From a bacterium (lineage in GTDB: Bacteria; Electryoneota; JAOADG01): a stretch of DNA of 64,000 nucleotides. Below are positions 18,284-30,100 of the stretch, in pieces; within the stretch, counting starts at the first letter, position 1, and each line of letters starts with the position of its first letter. The notes beneath the pieces were generated by a model, which did not search any database, had not been told where the DNA came from, and saw only the letters and a list, made by a program, of their open reading frames with translations. Both the position numbers and the translations under genes were made by a program. The stretch spans positions 992,001 through 1,056,000 of the forward strand of contig OY820579.1 of NCBI GenBank assembly GCA_963681965.1, read 5' to 3'.

Positions 18284-21200
18284 ATGAATTTGCTCCAGTG
18301 GAAAGCTAACGCTACTCATAATTTCTTTCGCATCCCCATAATATTACTGCTAATCGCACTCTCGACTGTTTCATTTGCGCAAACGCGCTTAGTCAATGGA
18401 ACGCCCGTTTCGGCTTCGGACACCTTACACCGATATTATTTCAACTCGACCACTGTACCCACTGTCTGGTCTGTTGTTGGTGTTCGACCACCGAGCACAG
18501 TCGATTACGATTTACGGTTATATCAGGATGCCGCGGGAACCAACCAATTGGCAGCGTCGACCCAGACGGGTAGTGCCGTTGATTTTGTGGTTGCCGATTT
18601 TCATTACTCTCCCACCAATACCTATTACCCGACTGTTCGCAGTCGTGGCGGTTCCGGTACCTATTGGACAGAATGGCGGGCATCAGCCGATACAATTCCG
18701 ACTGGCGGCATTTCCAATACGATTACATGGAATGCAAATGAAGTCGTGCGCGTTTTCGAACTGCGTATTTACGATCTGCAAACGCAACCGTTGACATTGG
18801 TGAAGACGAGTGGTTCCGCCGATTTCGGATTCGCAGTCTACTCGTCGAATAATACCAGCTACTTTGCCGGTCGCGACGACGCACTTGCCACAACTACGAC
18901 TTCCGGTGCAATTCAGACATTGAATTTCGAAGCGGGTAACGTGTCATGGTATGCCGTTGTGGTCTGGAATAACAACAACCTTCCGGGAACTTTTACGATT
19001 GCCAATCAGCTACCACCGACGATCGCATTGACATCGCCGAACGGCGGCGAAAGTTGGGCTGCGGGTAATAGTTATCCGATTACATGGACTTCGACGGGAT
19101 TGAGTGCAACTGAAAATGTCAAAGTTGAGATCAATCGGAATTATCCACTCGGCACTTGGGATTCGATCACTACCGTACCGAACTCGGGTACTTACTCATG
19201 GTTAGCTTCCGGTCCGGCGACAGCATTGAATCGCATTCGCGTGAGTCATGCAACAACGTCATCCTTGACCGATATGAGTAACAATAATTTTACAATTACC
19301 ATACCGCCTCGGATCACAGTCACCGCACCGAATGGCGGCGAAGTCTGGCAGCTCAATACGACTCAAAATATCACTTGGACATCGAGTGACCTTGCCGGCA
19401 ATGTTAGTATCGAAGTGAACCGCGGTTATCCAACAGGCACTTGGTCGACGATAGTGGCGAGTACGGCGAATACCGGAACGTATGCTTGGACAGTCGCAAG
19501 CCCGGCATCGACAACTTCACGAATTCGCGTTCGATCGGTGACGACAACAACCGTGGGCGATACCAGTAATACCGATTTTACGATCATGGGTCCGCCATCA
19601 ATCACAGTTGCGACACCGAATGGCGGCGAGACTTGGCAAACCGGTACTTCGCAAAATATCACTTGGACTTCATTTAATATCACCGGTGCCGTTCGAATTC
19701 AATTGAATCGCACCTATCCCGCAGGTACTTGGGAAACAGTTACCGATAGTACCGACAATACCGGAACCTATAGTTGGGCCGTTTCCGGAGCCGCTGCGAC
19801 AGCCGCAAGAATTCGCATTTTGTCGCGACAAAATACGTCCTATGGCGACACGAGTAATGCGAACTTCACGATAACGACGGTAACTGGTATCACCGTATCG
19901 TCTCCAGCAGGTGGAGAAACTTGGAATATTGGTTCGGTGCATCCACTTACTTGGACATACTCCGGTGTAACTGGACGAGTTCAGATTCAAATCAATCGAA
20001 CCTATCCGAACGGAACTTGGACAACGCTGTACAATAGCGTGGCGATCGATACCACAATCAACTGGACGGTAACCGGTGCAGCCTCGACGACGGCGCGAAT
20101 TCGCGTGCGTACTACCGCGGTTCCACAGGTAACTGGAACCAGTGCGGCGAATTTTACGATTGCCGATGTTCCGCAAATTACGGTTACCGCACCGAATGGT
20201 GGAGAATCCGTTCAAATCGGCAATATCAGCAATATTACTTGGACGTCAACCGCAATCACCGGAAATGTCAATGTCCAATTAAATCGTACATATCCGACCG
20301 GCACGTGGGAATCGCTTGCTGCGAATATTCCCAACACCAATACATATGCGTGGACAGTAACTGCACCCGCAACAACGACTGCACGGGTTCGCGTTCTTTC
20401 AGTCGACAACACTACTGTTGGCGATACTAGCAATGCGAACTTCACAGTAGCAGTAACAGTCCCCAGCAGCATCACGGTGACTTCGCCGAATGGCGGTGAA
20501 AGTTGGCAATCAGGTACCGCACACGCGATCACTTGGTCTTCCTATCAGATTACCGGACGAATTGCCATCGAATTGAATCGTACATATCCCACCGGCACGT
20601 GGGAAACTGTTGTTGCCGGCACAGCAAATACCGGAACCTATAACTGGACGATTGCCGGCGCAGCCTCGTCATCAGCACGTGTCCGAATTACATCAGTAAC
20701 TACCCCGACCATTGGCGATACCAGCAATGCCGAATTTGCGATTACTGCGGCAACTGGTATTGTCGTTGATGAACCCGTGGGTGGCGAAGATTGGCGAATC
20801 GGTTCGACTCAACCAATCAGTTGGACAGCTACCGGTGTTACTGGAAACGTACAGGTTCAAATCAATCGTACTTATCCGAATGGAACGTGGACAACGCTAT
20901 ATAATAATATTCCGTATGACACTACTGTTGAATGGACTGTTACCGGTGCTGCGACCACAACTGCGCGAATTCGGGTACGTACGGTCACTGTTCCACAAGT
21001 GACTGGAATGAGCGCTGCAAACTTTACAATTTCCGAAGCACCGGTAATTACCGTGACAGCACCAAATGGCGGTGAAGCGGTTCAAATTGGCAGTACTTCG
21101 AATATTACCTGGACTTCTACGGCGATCACTGGCAATGTCTTGTTGTCACTGAATCGAACGTATCCCACGGGTACATGGGAACAGATTGCGACCGATGTGC

Positions 21201-24200
21201 CGAATACGAACAGCTACACTTGGACGGTCACCGGACCGGCTTCGACGTCAGCATGTGTTCGCATTACTTCGATCAGTAATCCCACTGTGGGCGATACCAG
21301 CAATGCGAACTTTACTATTGCCACGTACGTTCCACCAACCATTACGATTACCTCTCCAGTGGGTGGTGAAAATTGGCAGACTGGTTCGGCGCATGCGATC
21401 ACGTGGACGTCGAATCAGATCACTGGTCAGGTGGCAATTCAACTGAATCGCACCTATCCAACCGGTACTTGGGAATCGCTAACTGCGGGAACCAACAACA
21501 CTGGAACCTATAATTGGACAATTACCGGTGCCGCTTCGACGACAGCACGAGTGCGAATCACTTCGGTTGCGGCTCCTACGGTAGGCGATACTAGCAGTGC
21601 TAGTTTTACGATTACTGTAGCAAACGGAATCGTGATTGATTCGCCGGTGGGCGGTGAAAACTGGGGTATCGGTACAGTTCATCCGATCCTTTGGACTGCG
21701 ACTGGAGTGACTGGAAACGTTCAGGTTCAAATCAATCGCACTTATCCGACCGGAACTTGGACGACACTGTACAACAACGTTCCCTACGACACGGTAATTA
21801 ATTGGACAGTTACTGGTGCTGCCACGACAACTGCACGTATCCGCGTCAGAACGACTACTCCCCCGCAAGTTACCGGAACAAGTGCCGCAGATTTCGCAAT
21901 TTCGGTAGTACCGACTCTGGCATTAACCGCACCCGATGGCGGTGAAAGCTGGCAGATTGGAAGTTCCTACGGCATTACTTGGACGTCGCAGAATTTGACG
22001 GGTAACGTCGCATTGGATTTAAATCGGAATTACCCATCCGGAACGTGGGAAACACTCTTTGCCGATATCGCCAATAGCGGATCGCAGTCTTGGACGGTTT
22101 CCGGTGCTGCAACGACGAATGCACGAATTCGAATTCGCTCGACAACCGTTACGACTCTTGCCGATACATCCAATGCAAATTTCAGTTTGGTGACTGTCGC
22201 GCCGCCCAGTATTGTCATCACGTCGCCGAACGGCGGTGAAAACTGGCAGACCGGTAGCGCTCACAATATCACATGGAATGTTACCAATGTCCCCGGTAAT
22301 GTGACTGTTCAATTGAATCGGGCATTTCCAACGGGAACGTGGGAAACACTTTTTGCCGATGTCGCCAATAGCGGATCGCAGTCTTGGACGGTAAGTGGAA
22401 CAGGATCAACAGCTTCGCGAATTCGAATCTATTCGACGACGAATCCGAACTACGCCGACACTAGCAATGCTAACTTTACGATCTCGGTTCCAACCGGAAT
22501 CGTCCTCTCTTCCCCGGTGGGTGGCGAGAATTGGGTGGTCGGTACTTCACATACAATTACTTGGACGACGAATGGTGTCACCATTCCGGGCGTATCGATT
22601 GCCGTGAATCGGGATTGGCCGACTGGAACCTGGACAACACTAACTGCTGGTGTCGTGAACAATGGAACGTATACCTGGACAGTCACCGGACCGGGATCGA
22701 CCACTGCGCGAATTCGCGTAACAAGTCTGGGATCGACTCAGACCTACTCGGATTCCAGTCATGCTAATTTCACGATCTTCCAACCGTCGGGATTGACCGT
22801 CAGTGCACCGAACGGTGGCGAAAACTGGCAAGTCGGTTCGGTACACAATATTACTTGGGCACGAACCAATGCCCCGGGTGCCGTCGCGATTCAGTTGATG
22901 CGAAATTATCCCACCGGTACGTGGGAAAGCATTATCGACAGTTGTGCGAATGACACCTCCTATGCTTGGACCGTTACCGCTCCCGGCTCTACTACCGCAC
23001 GAGTTCGCGTTTACCCATTAACAACTCCGGCGTATGCCGACACCAGCAATGCCAACTTTACTATCACGGTGCCGCAATCGATTACAGTTGTTGCTCCGAA
23101 TGGCGGTGAAAACTGGGTAATCGGTACACAGCACTACGTCACGTGGAGCTGGACCGGAACCATTAATACTGTGGCAATTGAAGCCAAATTGAATTATCCG
23201 AACGGGAATTGGCAGCAAGTAGCGAACAACATCAACAATACCGGTTCTTATTTGTGGACAGTTGCCGGAACCGCTAGCAATGCCGTTCGGTTGCGAGTTC
23301 GTACCCCTGGTGGTGGCGCCGTTGGTGATACTTGCGATGCGAACTTCTCATTGATTCAACCGATCATTCGTGTTACTGCTCCGAATGGTGGGGAAACCTT
23401 TGCAGTCGATTCCGTTCGCGAGATTAGTTGGATTTCGGCAGGTGTCACTGGAAACGTATCGATTGAGCTGAATCGAGCCTACCCGACCGGTACTTGGGAA
23501 TCGATTGCCGCCGATGTCACGAACAATGGTTCCTATATGTGGACTGTCGCAGGTACCACCTCGACAACCGCCCGAGTGCGCGTACGTTCGGTAACCAATA
23601 CTACCATTGGCGATAGCAGCGATACCGATTTCAGTATTTCGGTAACAATTCCACCGAGTATTACTGTAACCAATCCCAACGGTGGCGAACTGTGGGCAAT
23701 TGGATCGCAGCAACCGATCGAATGGCAAGCTGCAGGATTTACCGGTGCGGTTCGGATTCAGGTCAATCGTACCTATCCGACTGGTACTTGGGAAGTGATT
23801 TCCGATAGTGCAACAAACAGTGGAACCTTCACGTGGACGGTAGCCGGAGCAGCTAGTACGACATCGCGAATTCGTGTGCTTTCGCGAAACAATACCGCAA
23901 TCGGCGATACGAGTAATTTCAACTTTACGATCATGGTTCCGATGTCGATGACTGTGACTGCTCCGAATGGTGGGGAACGCTGGTACTTGAATTCGGCGCA
24001 AGTGATCACCTGGAATTCAACCGGTCTAACTGGAAACGTTGCAGTCGACATCAATCGCAATTATCCCACTGGTAACTGGACAGCCTTGGCTGGAAACATT
24101 GCCAATACCGGCACATATAACTGGACCGTGGCAGGAGCGACCACGACGAATGCACGCATTCGAGTACGGTCGTTGAGTTATCCCGCGGTTGTCGATATTT

Positions 24201-27100
24201 CTGATACGAACTTTACCGTTGCAACTCCTCCGGGTATTGTGATGCGTTCCCCGGTTGGCGGCGAGAATTGGTTGGTCGGCGAAACCCATAACATCACTTG
24301 GACGCCTACTGCAATCACCGGCATGGTCGCGATCGAAATCAACCGAACGTATTCAACTGGTGTTTGGGAAGCGATTGGTGAAGCCGCTGGTACCGATACT
24401 ACATACAGTTGGACGGTCAATGGTCCGGCAACAACGACTGCGCGTATTCGCGTACGATCGGAAACCGAACCGCAATATTTCGGAACCAGTACGGCGAACT
24501 TCACCGTATCAGTTCCACCGTCGATCACTGTTACTGCTCCGAATGGTGGCGAAAGCTGGGTTGCTGGAACACAACACAATATCACTTGGACCTCAACCGG
24601 ATCGATTACAAATGTTCAGATCGATGTCAACACCAATTATCCGACGGGTAATTGGACGCGATTATCGAATGGTGCAACTAATAACGGTTCATTCGCTTGG
24701 ACGGTTACCAATACGTTAACTGCGAATGCCCGTGTCCGTATTCGCAATGCAATGGCTACCACGGTTGGCGACACTTCGAATGCCGACTTTGCAATCATTG
24801 CACCGACACTAACTCTGACGGCACCGAATGGTGGCGAAACCTATCAGATTGGATCGACTCAAACAATCACTTGGTCGTCGGTCGGTCTCACCAATAAAGT
24901 TGCTATTTATTTGAATCGTAGTTATCCGGGAACGACTTGGGAAACGGTTACCGATAGTACTGTGAATACCGGAAGCTTCAGTTGGACGGTATCCGGTACA
25001 ACATCGACGACGGCGCGAATTCGAATTCAGGCAGTAGGTAATGCGACCATCGCCGATACGAGCGATGCGAATTTCTCGATCCAACTAATCCAACCACCGA
25101 CAATCACGGTTACCTTGCCGAATGGCGGCGATTCGTGGCAAATCGGTGATTTACGTACGATCCAATGGACTTCGGTGAATATTACCGGTACGGTTCGTAT
25201 TCAATTGAATCGCAATTATCCATCAGGTACTTGGGAAATGCTTGCCGATACCACGACGAATGACGGATCGTTCGCATGGATTGTCGCAGGAACCGCTTCA
25301 AGTGCTGCGAGAATGCGTGTTCTCTCGGTATTGACTCCGACTGTTGGCGATACTTCCAATGCCAACTTCAGCATCGTTGCACCGCCGAGTTTAACGGTTA
25401 CATCACCCAACGGCGGGGAATCGTATACTGTTGGATCGTCGCATGCGATTACCTGGGTCAATAACAATGTCAATGGCAATATCCGGATCGAGTTAAATCG
25501 CGAGTATCCGTCTGGAACGTGGGAAACGATTGTTGCGAGTACTTCCAATTCCGGAACCTACGATTGGTTAGTAGCTGGTACTGCAACATCGCAAGCGCGT
25601 ATCAGAGTCACATCATTGTTGAATAATTCGATTACCGATGTAAGTGACAATATTTTCACGATTGTTGCTCCGATTATCTGGATTCACCATCCGACTGGTG
25701 AAGCGCTAATTATCGGTACATCTGATTCGATTGCGTGGTCATCGCAATACGTTACCGGCAACGTTCGAATTCAAGTGAATCTTAATTACCCTGTTGGAAC
25801 TTGGGATTCGATTGCGACGGTACCGTACAACTCTTCACCTTATCTCTGGGCGGTGAACTACGCTCCATCAGCTCACGTTCGAATTCGAATAGTATCGGTC
25901 GTGACACCTTCGATTATCGGTTTGAGTGCCACCGATTTCAGCATTATCACGCCACCGATTACGCTGTTGCGTCCGAATGGCGGCGAAACGTTCTATATCG
26001 GTAACGTGGATACAGTGCGATTCAGTGCACCTTATATGCCCAATGGTGTCGATATCGAATTGAGTCGGGACTATCCGGTTGATCCATTCCAATCGATCGC
26101 CACACAAGTTCCAGGCTACTACTGGATTTGGAATCCGGTTTCGGGTGCCGCGTCAACGAATGCACGAATTCGCGTGCGAATTCACGGCACCAATGGTGTA
26201 ACAACCAGTGCCGCCAGCTTCACGATTGCCACACCGCAAATCACGTTGCAGCGCCCCAATGGCGGTGAAATTATTGTCAACGGTACTTCTGACACCATTC
26301 GCTGGAATTCACAGCTAACGAGTGGCAACTTGGCGGTGCTCATTAACGACAACTATCCGTCCGGTAACTGGGATACGATTCGTGTGGTTCCGGCTTCGAC
26401 GAATAGCATTCTATGGAATGTTGCTCGAACCGCAACGACAACCGCTCGTGTTAAGGTTCAATCACTAAGTTATCCGTCAATCAGCGCTATCAGTGCTGCG
26501 AACTTTACAATCGTCAATCCGCAAGCATCACTTTTTATCTTACATCCGAATGGTGGCGAAGTATTAGGTGGTGTTATGACGGACACTATTCGTTGGCAGC
26601 GCGTGAATGCCGCTGGAAACGTGTTGGTTGAGTTGAACCGCACCTATCCTTCCGGTGAGTGGGAAATTCTCGGTACTACCGCCGACAGTTATTTATTGTG
26701 GGCAATCACCGGTCCCAACACCAACAGTGCTCGTGTTCGCACGACTTTGATCAGTAATCCTTCTGTTCAGGATGTTAGTGACGGTAACTTTACGATCAAT
26801 ATTACCTCGATCAACGAACGGACAATTTCGGTGCCACACAGCTATGCGCTGGAATCGATTTATCCGAATCCGTTCAATGCTTCGGCTCAGATTGTCGTCG
26901 GTATTCCGCGGGAAGGTCGGGTAACGATCCGGGTATTCGATGTATTGGGTAAGGAAGTAAGCGTGTTGTACAACGGTAACGCTACTCCGGGTGAAATGAT
27001 CGTGCATTGGAATGCAGGAACACTGGCAAGTGGTACTTACATCGTTTCGGTGGAAGCACCGGGCTTTGCACAACGCCGAATGATCCAGTATCTCCGATAG
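18284..27100 (+). CDS. Giant secreted surface protein/adhesin: PPC-like N-terminal domains, 27 tandem ~96-aa Ig-like repeats, T9SS type-A-like C-terminal domain
   Basis: Signal peptide; repeat ITVTxPNGGExWxxGxxxxITW...LNRTYPxGTWE...WTVxG..STxARIRV...GDTSNANF counted 27 times; C-terminal IYPNPFN...LASGTY. Confidence 0.9.
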   Translation: MNLLQWKANATHNFFRIPIILLLIALSTVSFAQTRLVNGTPVSASDTLHRYYFNSTTVPTVWSVVGVRPPSTVDYDLRLYQDAAGTNQLAASTQTGSAVDFVVADFHYSPTNTYYPTVRSRGGSGTYWTEWRASADTIPTGGISNTITWNANEVVRVFELRIYDLQTQPLTLVKTSGSADFGFAVYSSNNTSYFAGRDDALATTTTSGAIQTLNFEAGNVSWYAVVVWNNNNLPGTFTIANQLPPTIALTSPNGGESWAAGNSYPITWTSTGLSATENVKVEINRNYPLGTWDSITTVPNSGTYSWLASGPATALNRIRVSHATTSSLTDMSNNNFTITIPPRITVTAPNGGEVWQLNTTQNITWTSSDLAGNVSIEVNRGYPTGTWSTIVASTANTGTYAWTVASPASTTSRIRVRSVTTTTVGDTSNTDFTIMGPPSITVATPNGGETWQTGTSQNITWTSFNITGAVRIQLNRTYPAGTWETVTDSTDNTGTYSWAVSGAAATAARIRILSRQNTSYGDTSNANFTITTVTGITVSSPAGGETWNIGSVHPLTWTYSGVTGRVQIQINRTYPNGTWTTLYNSVAIDTTINWTVTGAASTTARIRVRTTAVPQVTGTSAANFTIADVPQITVTAPNGGESVQIGNISNITWTSTAITGNVNVQLNRTYPTGTWESLAANIPNTNTYAWTVTAPATTTARVRVLSVDNTTVGDTSNANFTVAVTVPSSITVTSPNGGESWQSGTAHAITWSSYQITGRIAIELNRTYPTGTWETVVAGTANTGTYNWTIAGAASSSARVRITSVTTPTIGDTSNAEFAITAATGIVVDEPVGGEDWRIGSTQPISWTATGVTGNVQVQINRTYPNGTWTTLYNNIPYDTTVEWTVTGAATTTARIRVRTVTVPQVTGMSAANFTISEAPVITVTAPNGGEAVQIGSTSNITWTSTAITGNVLLSLNRTYPTGTWEQIATDVPNTNSYTWTVTGPASTSACVRITSISNPTVGDTSNANFTIATYVPPTITITSPVGGENWQTGSAHAITWTSNQITGQVAIQLNRTYPTGTWESLTAGTNNTGTYNWTITGAASTTARVRITSVAAPTVGDTSSASFTITVANGIVIDSPVGGENWGIGTVHPILWTATGVTGNVQVQINRTYPTGTWTTLYNNVPYDTVINWTVTGAATTTARIRVRTTTPPQVTGTSAADFAISVVPTLALTAPDGGESWQIGSSYGITWTSQNLTGNVALDLNRNYPSGTWETLFADIANSGSQSWTVSGAATTNARIRIRSTTVTTLADTSNANFSLVTVAPPSIVITSPNGGENWQTGSAHNITWNVTNVPGNVTVQLNRAFPTGTWETLFADVANSGSQSWTVSGTGSTASRIRIYSTTNPNYADTSNANFTISVPTGIVLSSPVGGENWVVGTSHTITWTTNGVTIPGVSIAVNRDWPTGTWTTLTAGVVNNGTYTWTVTGPGSTTARIRVTSLGSTQTYSDSSHANFTIFQPSGLTVSAPNGGENWQVGSVHNITWARTNAPGAVAIQLMRNYPTGTWESIIDSCANDTSYAWTVTAPGSTTARVRVYPLTTPAYADTSNANFTITVPQSITVVAPNGGENWVIGTQHYVTWSWTGTINTVAIEAKLNYPNGNWQQVANNINNTGSYLWTVAGTASNAVRLRVRTPGGGAVGDTCDANFSLIQPIIRVTAPNGGETFAVDSVREISWISAGVTGNVSIELNRAYPTGTWESIAADVTNNGSYMWTVAGTTSTTARVRVRSVTNTTIGDSSDTDFSISVTIPPSITVTNPNGGELWAIGSQQPIEWQAAGFTGAVRIQVNRTYPTGTWEVISDSATNSGTFTWTVAGAASTTSRIRVLSRNNTAIGDTSNFNFTIMVPMSMTVTAPNGGERWYLNSAQVITWNSTGLTGNVAVDINRNYPTGNWTALAGNIANTGTYNWTVAGATTTNARIRVRSLSYPAVVDISDTNFTVATPPGIVMRSPVGGENWLVGETHNITWTPTAITGMVAIEINRTYSTGVWEAIGEAAGTDTTYSWTVNGPATTTARIRVRSETEPQYFGTSTANFTVSVPPSITVTAPNGGESWVAGTQHNITWTSTGSITNVQIDVNTNYPTGNWTRLSNGATNNGSFAWTVTNTLTANARVRIRNAMATTVGDTSNADFAIIAPTLTLTAPNGGETYQIGSTQTITWSSVGLTNKVAIYLNRSYPGTTWETVTDSTVNTGSFSWTVSGTTSTTARIRIQAVGNATIADTSDANFSIQLIQPPTITVTLPNGGDSWQIGDLRTIQWTSVNITGTVRIQLNRNYPSGTWEMLADTTTNDGSFAWIVAGTASSAARMRVLSVLTPTVGDTSNANFSIVAPPSLTVTSPNGGESYTVGSSHAITWVNNNVNGNIRIELNREYPSGTWETIVASTSNSGTYDWLVAGTATSQARIRVTSLLNNSITDVSDNIFTIVAPIIWIHHPTGEALIIGTSDSIAWSSQYVTGNVRIQVNLNYPVGTWDSIATVPYNSSPYLWAVNYAPSAHVRIRIVSVVTPSIIGLSATDFSIITPPITLLRPNGGETFYIGNVDTVRFSAPYMPNGVDIELSRDYPVDPFQSIATQVPGYYWIWNPVSGAASTNARIRVRIHGTNGVTTSAASFTIATPQITLQRPNGGEIIVNGTSDTIRWNSQLTSGNLAVLINDNYPSGNWDTIRVVPASTNSILWNVARTATTTARVKVQSLSYPSISAISAANFTIVNPQASLFILHPNGGEVLGGVMTDTIRWQRVNAAGNVLVELNRTYPSGEWEILGTTADSYLLWAITGPNTNSARVRTTLISNPSVQDVSDGNFTINITSINERTISVPHSYALESIYPNPFNASAQIVVGIPREGRVTIRVFDVLGKEVSVLYNGNATPGEMIVHWNAGTLASGTYIVSVEAPGFAQRRMIQYLR

Positions 27101-27125
27101 CAGTAGAAATAATATTGTATCATTC

Positions 27126-27154
27126 AAAAAGCCCCCGAGCGATCGGGGGCTTTT
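27126..27154. terminator. Bidirectional intrinsic terminator
   Basis: AAAAAGCCCCCGA-GCGA-TCGGGGGCTTTT between convergent genes. Confidence 0.88.
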
Positions 27155-27155
27155 G

Positions 27156-30100
27156 TTATTTCATTTCGGCATGAAGCGGAGATTTTGAGTAGTAACTCTC
27201 ACCGTTGGTATTTCCGTCAAAATGAAACAGCGCTCGAGTGTGAGTATCGACCTTTAACCGTTGATCGTGCTTTAACGGTTGGAAGTCGACAGTATATCGC
27301 TGTGTATCAGAAATCCGTAATTCGTCGATGCTGGCTTCGAGTTTCGGCAAATCAAATTGAGTCGGTATATCAATCAACCGGTTTTTCAACCAAGTGTAAC
27401 TGGATGTTTGACCCAATTTACCGTTGATGTACAATTCCATTACCATCACACTGTCGGCTGGAACGCGATTGTATCCGGGTGTTCGAGGAATTATTCCGTT
27501 CCGGTATCCCCACACCCATGCAATATGTGTCCATTCATTCGGTTGCAACAGTACCCGTCGCCATGCTCGCAACGGCTTCTTTCCGGACAATCCATCGGTG
27601 TCGAATGATCCTTCCAGTGTGTGCGATGCTGTTTGATCGGCTTGAGAATTGGTGCTGTTTGGAGCATTCTGATATCGGAGATATCCAATTTGTTTTCCAT
27701 TCGCCGCTCTGATCGAGCAGATCGTAAGCGCATTTGCTTTTTCGGAACTGGTCGATTGATTTGGGCGATACCAGAATTCGATCGTCCCGGTACTGCCGGG
27801 TAAATACATCGAACCATCGTTCGAAGGAGACTTTTCGTTGGAAATAAAATGAAATGTCCGGTTATCGATCGAGAATCCCGTGCGCGATTGAGTATCCAGT
27901 AAGTGATTCGATTGACCCGCAATGGATGGCTCAAAATAATTTTCCGGTGATTCGGCAGCGAAAAAGGGTGGAATATTCTTAACACGTATCAATTGGTTGT
28001 TGACAGGACAGAAGCTCCAGAGACCGGAAACGCCAGCCGATAATTCGATTTCGCCGTGAAGAACTTCGCCATTTCGGTAAAGCGTGCCGGAGGGTGTAAT
28101 TAACTGCGCCGAACCTTCAAATACGATCGTCGGTTTGATTGCGGCAACAGGAACTTTGAAATAGTAACGTACCGAAGGTGTTTGCGACGGATACGGTCGC
28201 CAATAACCGGGTGCATAGACAACCATCGGGATCGCTGCATCGGCAATTGCGAGATGTTGACCATACCATTTACTGCCGATCAGATAGTCACCCGTTGCGG
28301 CACTTTTCGGGAGCGCGATACTGCTGTGTTGATACCCGTCGCTTGCAATCCATTTGGATAAATGAACGGTCGGATTCTGAGCTGACGATAACCATAGATC
28401 TTTACATTGCCAGACGTCGATATTGATGGGGTTGTTGCCAGTCTTTCGGATGACAATCGCGGTTGAATCACCCATATCGTCGAAGCCGATCCATGACGCA
28501 TGGTGTTTGGTATCGCTGGCGTTTTCTAGAGCATTTTTTTCAGCGAGTGGAACACCCTCAAAGAGAAAAGTCGTTTTTTCAACGCTGGAAATTCCTTCGA
28601 TTGTCTGTTTTACATTATCGTAGGTGGAAGCAAGATATCGAAGTTGAATCGTCAAACCTTGCCGATATCGAAGATCGTGTGTTTCGTTGTAGAGAAAATC
28701 GCCGGCGACACCAGTTGGATTGCAATAGAACAGTGGAAACGCTCCGAAAAAGTTCGTCCAATCGTAGCGAGCGACTCGCTTGGCGGCTTCGAGGTACCGT
28801 TGATCGCCGAGAATTTGATAAGAATCGATTAAAGCACGAACATCGGCATCCAATTTATAGGTTGTATTCTCAAGTTCAGTTTGAAACATCTTTCTCGGTT
28901 GAATGATTCCGAGTTGGCTGTCCGGTCGAGATAGAATATCCATCGTAGCATTCGCCATTCGGCGAAATTCCTGATTGCCGGTAAATCCGTAGAGCTGCGA
29001 TAACATTCGCAACAACATCAACGGTCGCTCGTCGGTGTGCACCTGATTAAGATTCCACTTTTGCAAAACAGCACTGGCATATTCTTGCATTACCTCTTTG
29101 GTTCTTCGGCTTCCCGTCAAGTAATAATCGAGAAAATACGCATCAAGATTCGATGAACTGGCGTTGTGAATGGCTTTTGCAGTTTCCCAATAGAATGGGA
29201 GCATTCCGGGATTTGCATTACCTGCCGGGAGATCGGTTCCAGTTGCTTGAAGAAATAATCCCTTCGGTTTTCCGGGCACCTCCCAATGCGACATACAAGC
29301 ATCGAGCAGGCTTCGGTTGGTCGTTTGCGCAAATTCTCGAATTTTGCGTTCACCCGATCGCGCATAGAGTTTCCATAGGTCGGAACGAAGTGTATAGGTT
29401 GAATTGTTATAGCGGATCTGGTTCGGATATTTTCCCGAATACTCCAAATGGGGACCCATTCCATAATCGACAAAACCGTAGTCGCCCCAATTGGTCACAT
29501 TCGTTTGCCATTTGCTAATACCAGCCTCGATCGCTTTTTCCGGGATTGAAAATTTGTTTGCATCGCGTGGATGATAGGAACCAATTGCTTCGGTTTGTGC
29601 AATCCAATTTGGATCGGGCATTGCATACACAGGATTGGAACGTTTGTAGGCTAACTGACTCATTTCAGCCGTAGTCGCGTTGGGGGGTAGCGGTACAACC
29701 AGTAATTCGTGCGTTTTCGACCATCCGGCGGCATTGAAATCGTAGTTCGATACGCGTTTTAAAATCAATTCGATATCTTGTTGACTCGACTTCGGAACCG
29801 ATGCAGTATACCATTGACGCAAATCCCATTTCTTCACCAGAGCGGGTGCTCGAAAATCGAGCAAGTCGCCATTCCGATTGCTAAACAGATGTAGGGTTAC
29901 GCGATTACGTTCGAGGTAAAATTCTTTCGGATGTTGAAGAGCGGCATCGGTACAGGAAACAAGCATTCCGCCTTTACTACCCGATAGTGCTGACCAGTCG
30001 CCGCACTCCGATCCTTCAATAGCGATTCTTGGTTTGTGATTTTGTACTGTCGAAATAGCGAAATGATTGCGATTATGAGCAAAGAAATAATGGTCGTCTT

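Noticed and set aside
19015-26800. CRISPR-like or DNA tandem repeat array
   Set aside because: The repeats are ~290-bp protein-coding domains with synonymous divergence, not repeat-spacer units.
18284-27100. Dense N-X-S/T sequons suggesting N-glycosylation
   Set aside because: Expected from the Asn/Thr/Ser-rich composition; no glycosylation machinery in the window.
18396-27127. Many alternate-frame and antisense ORFs inside the giant gene and other long CDSs
   Set aside because: Shadow ORFs produced by codon bias and repeats; no independent signals.
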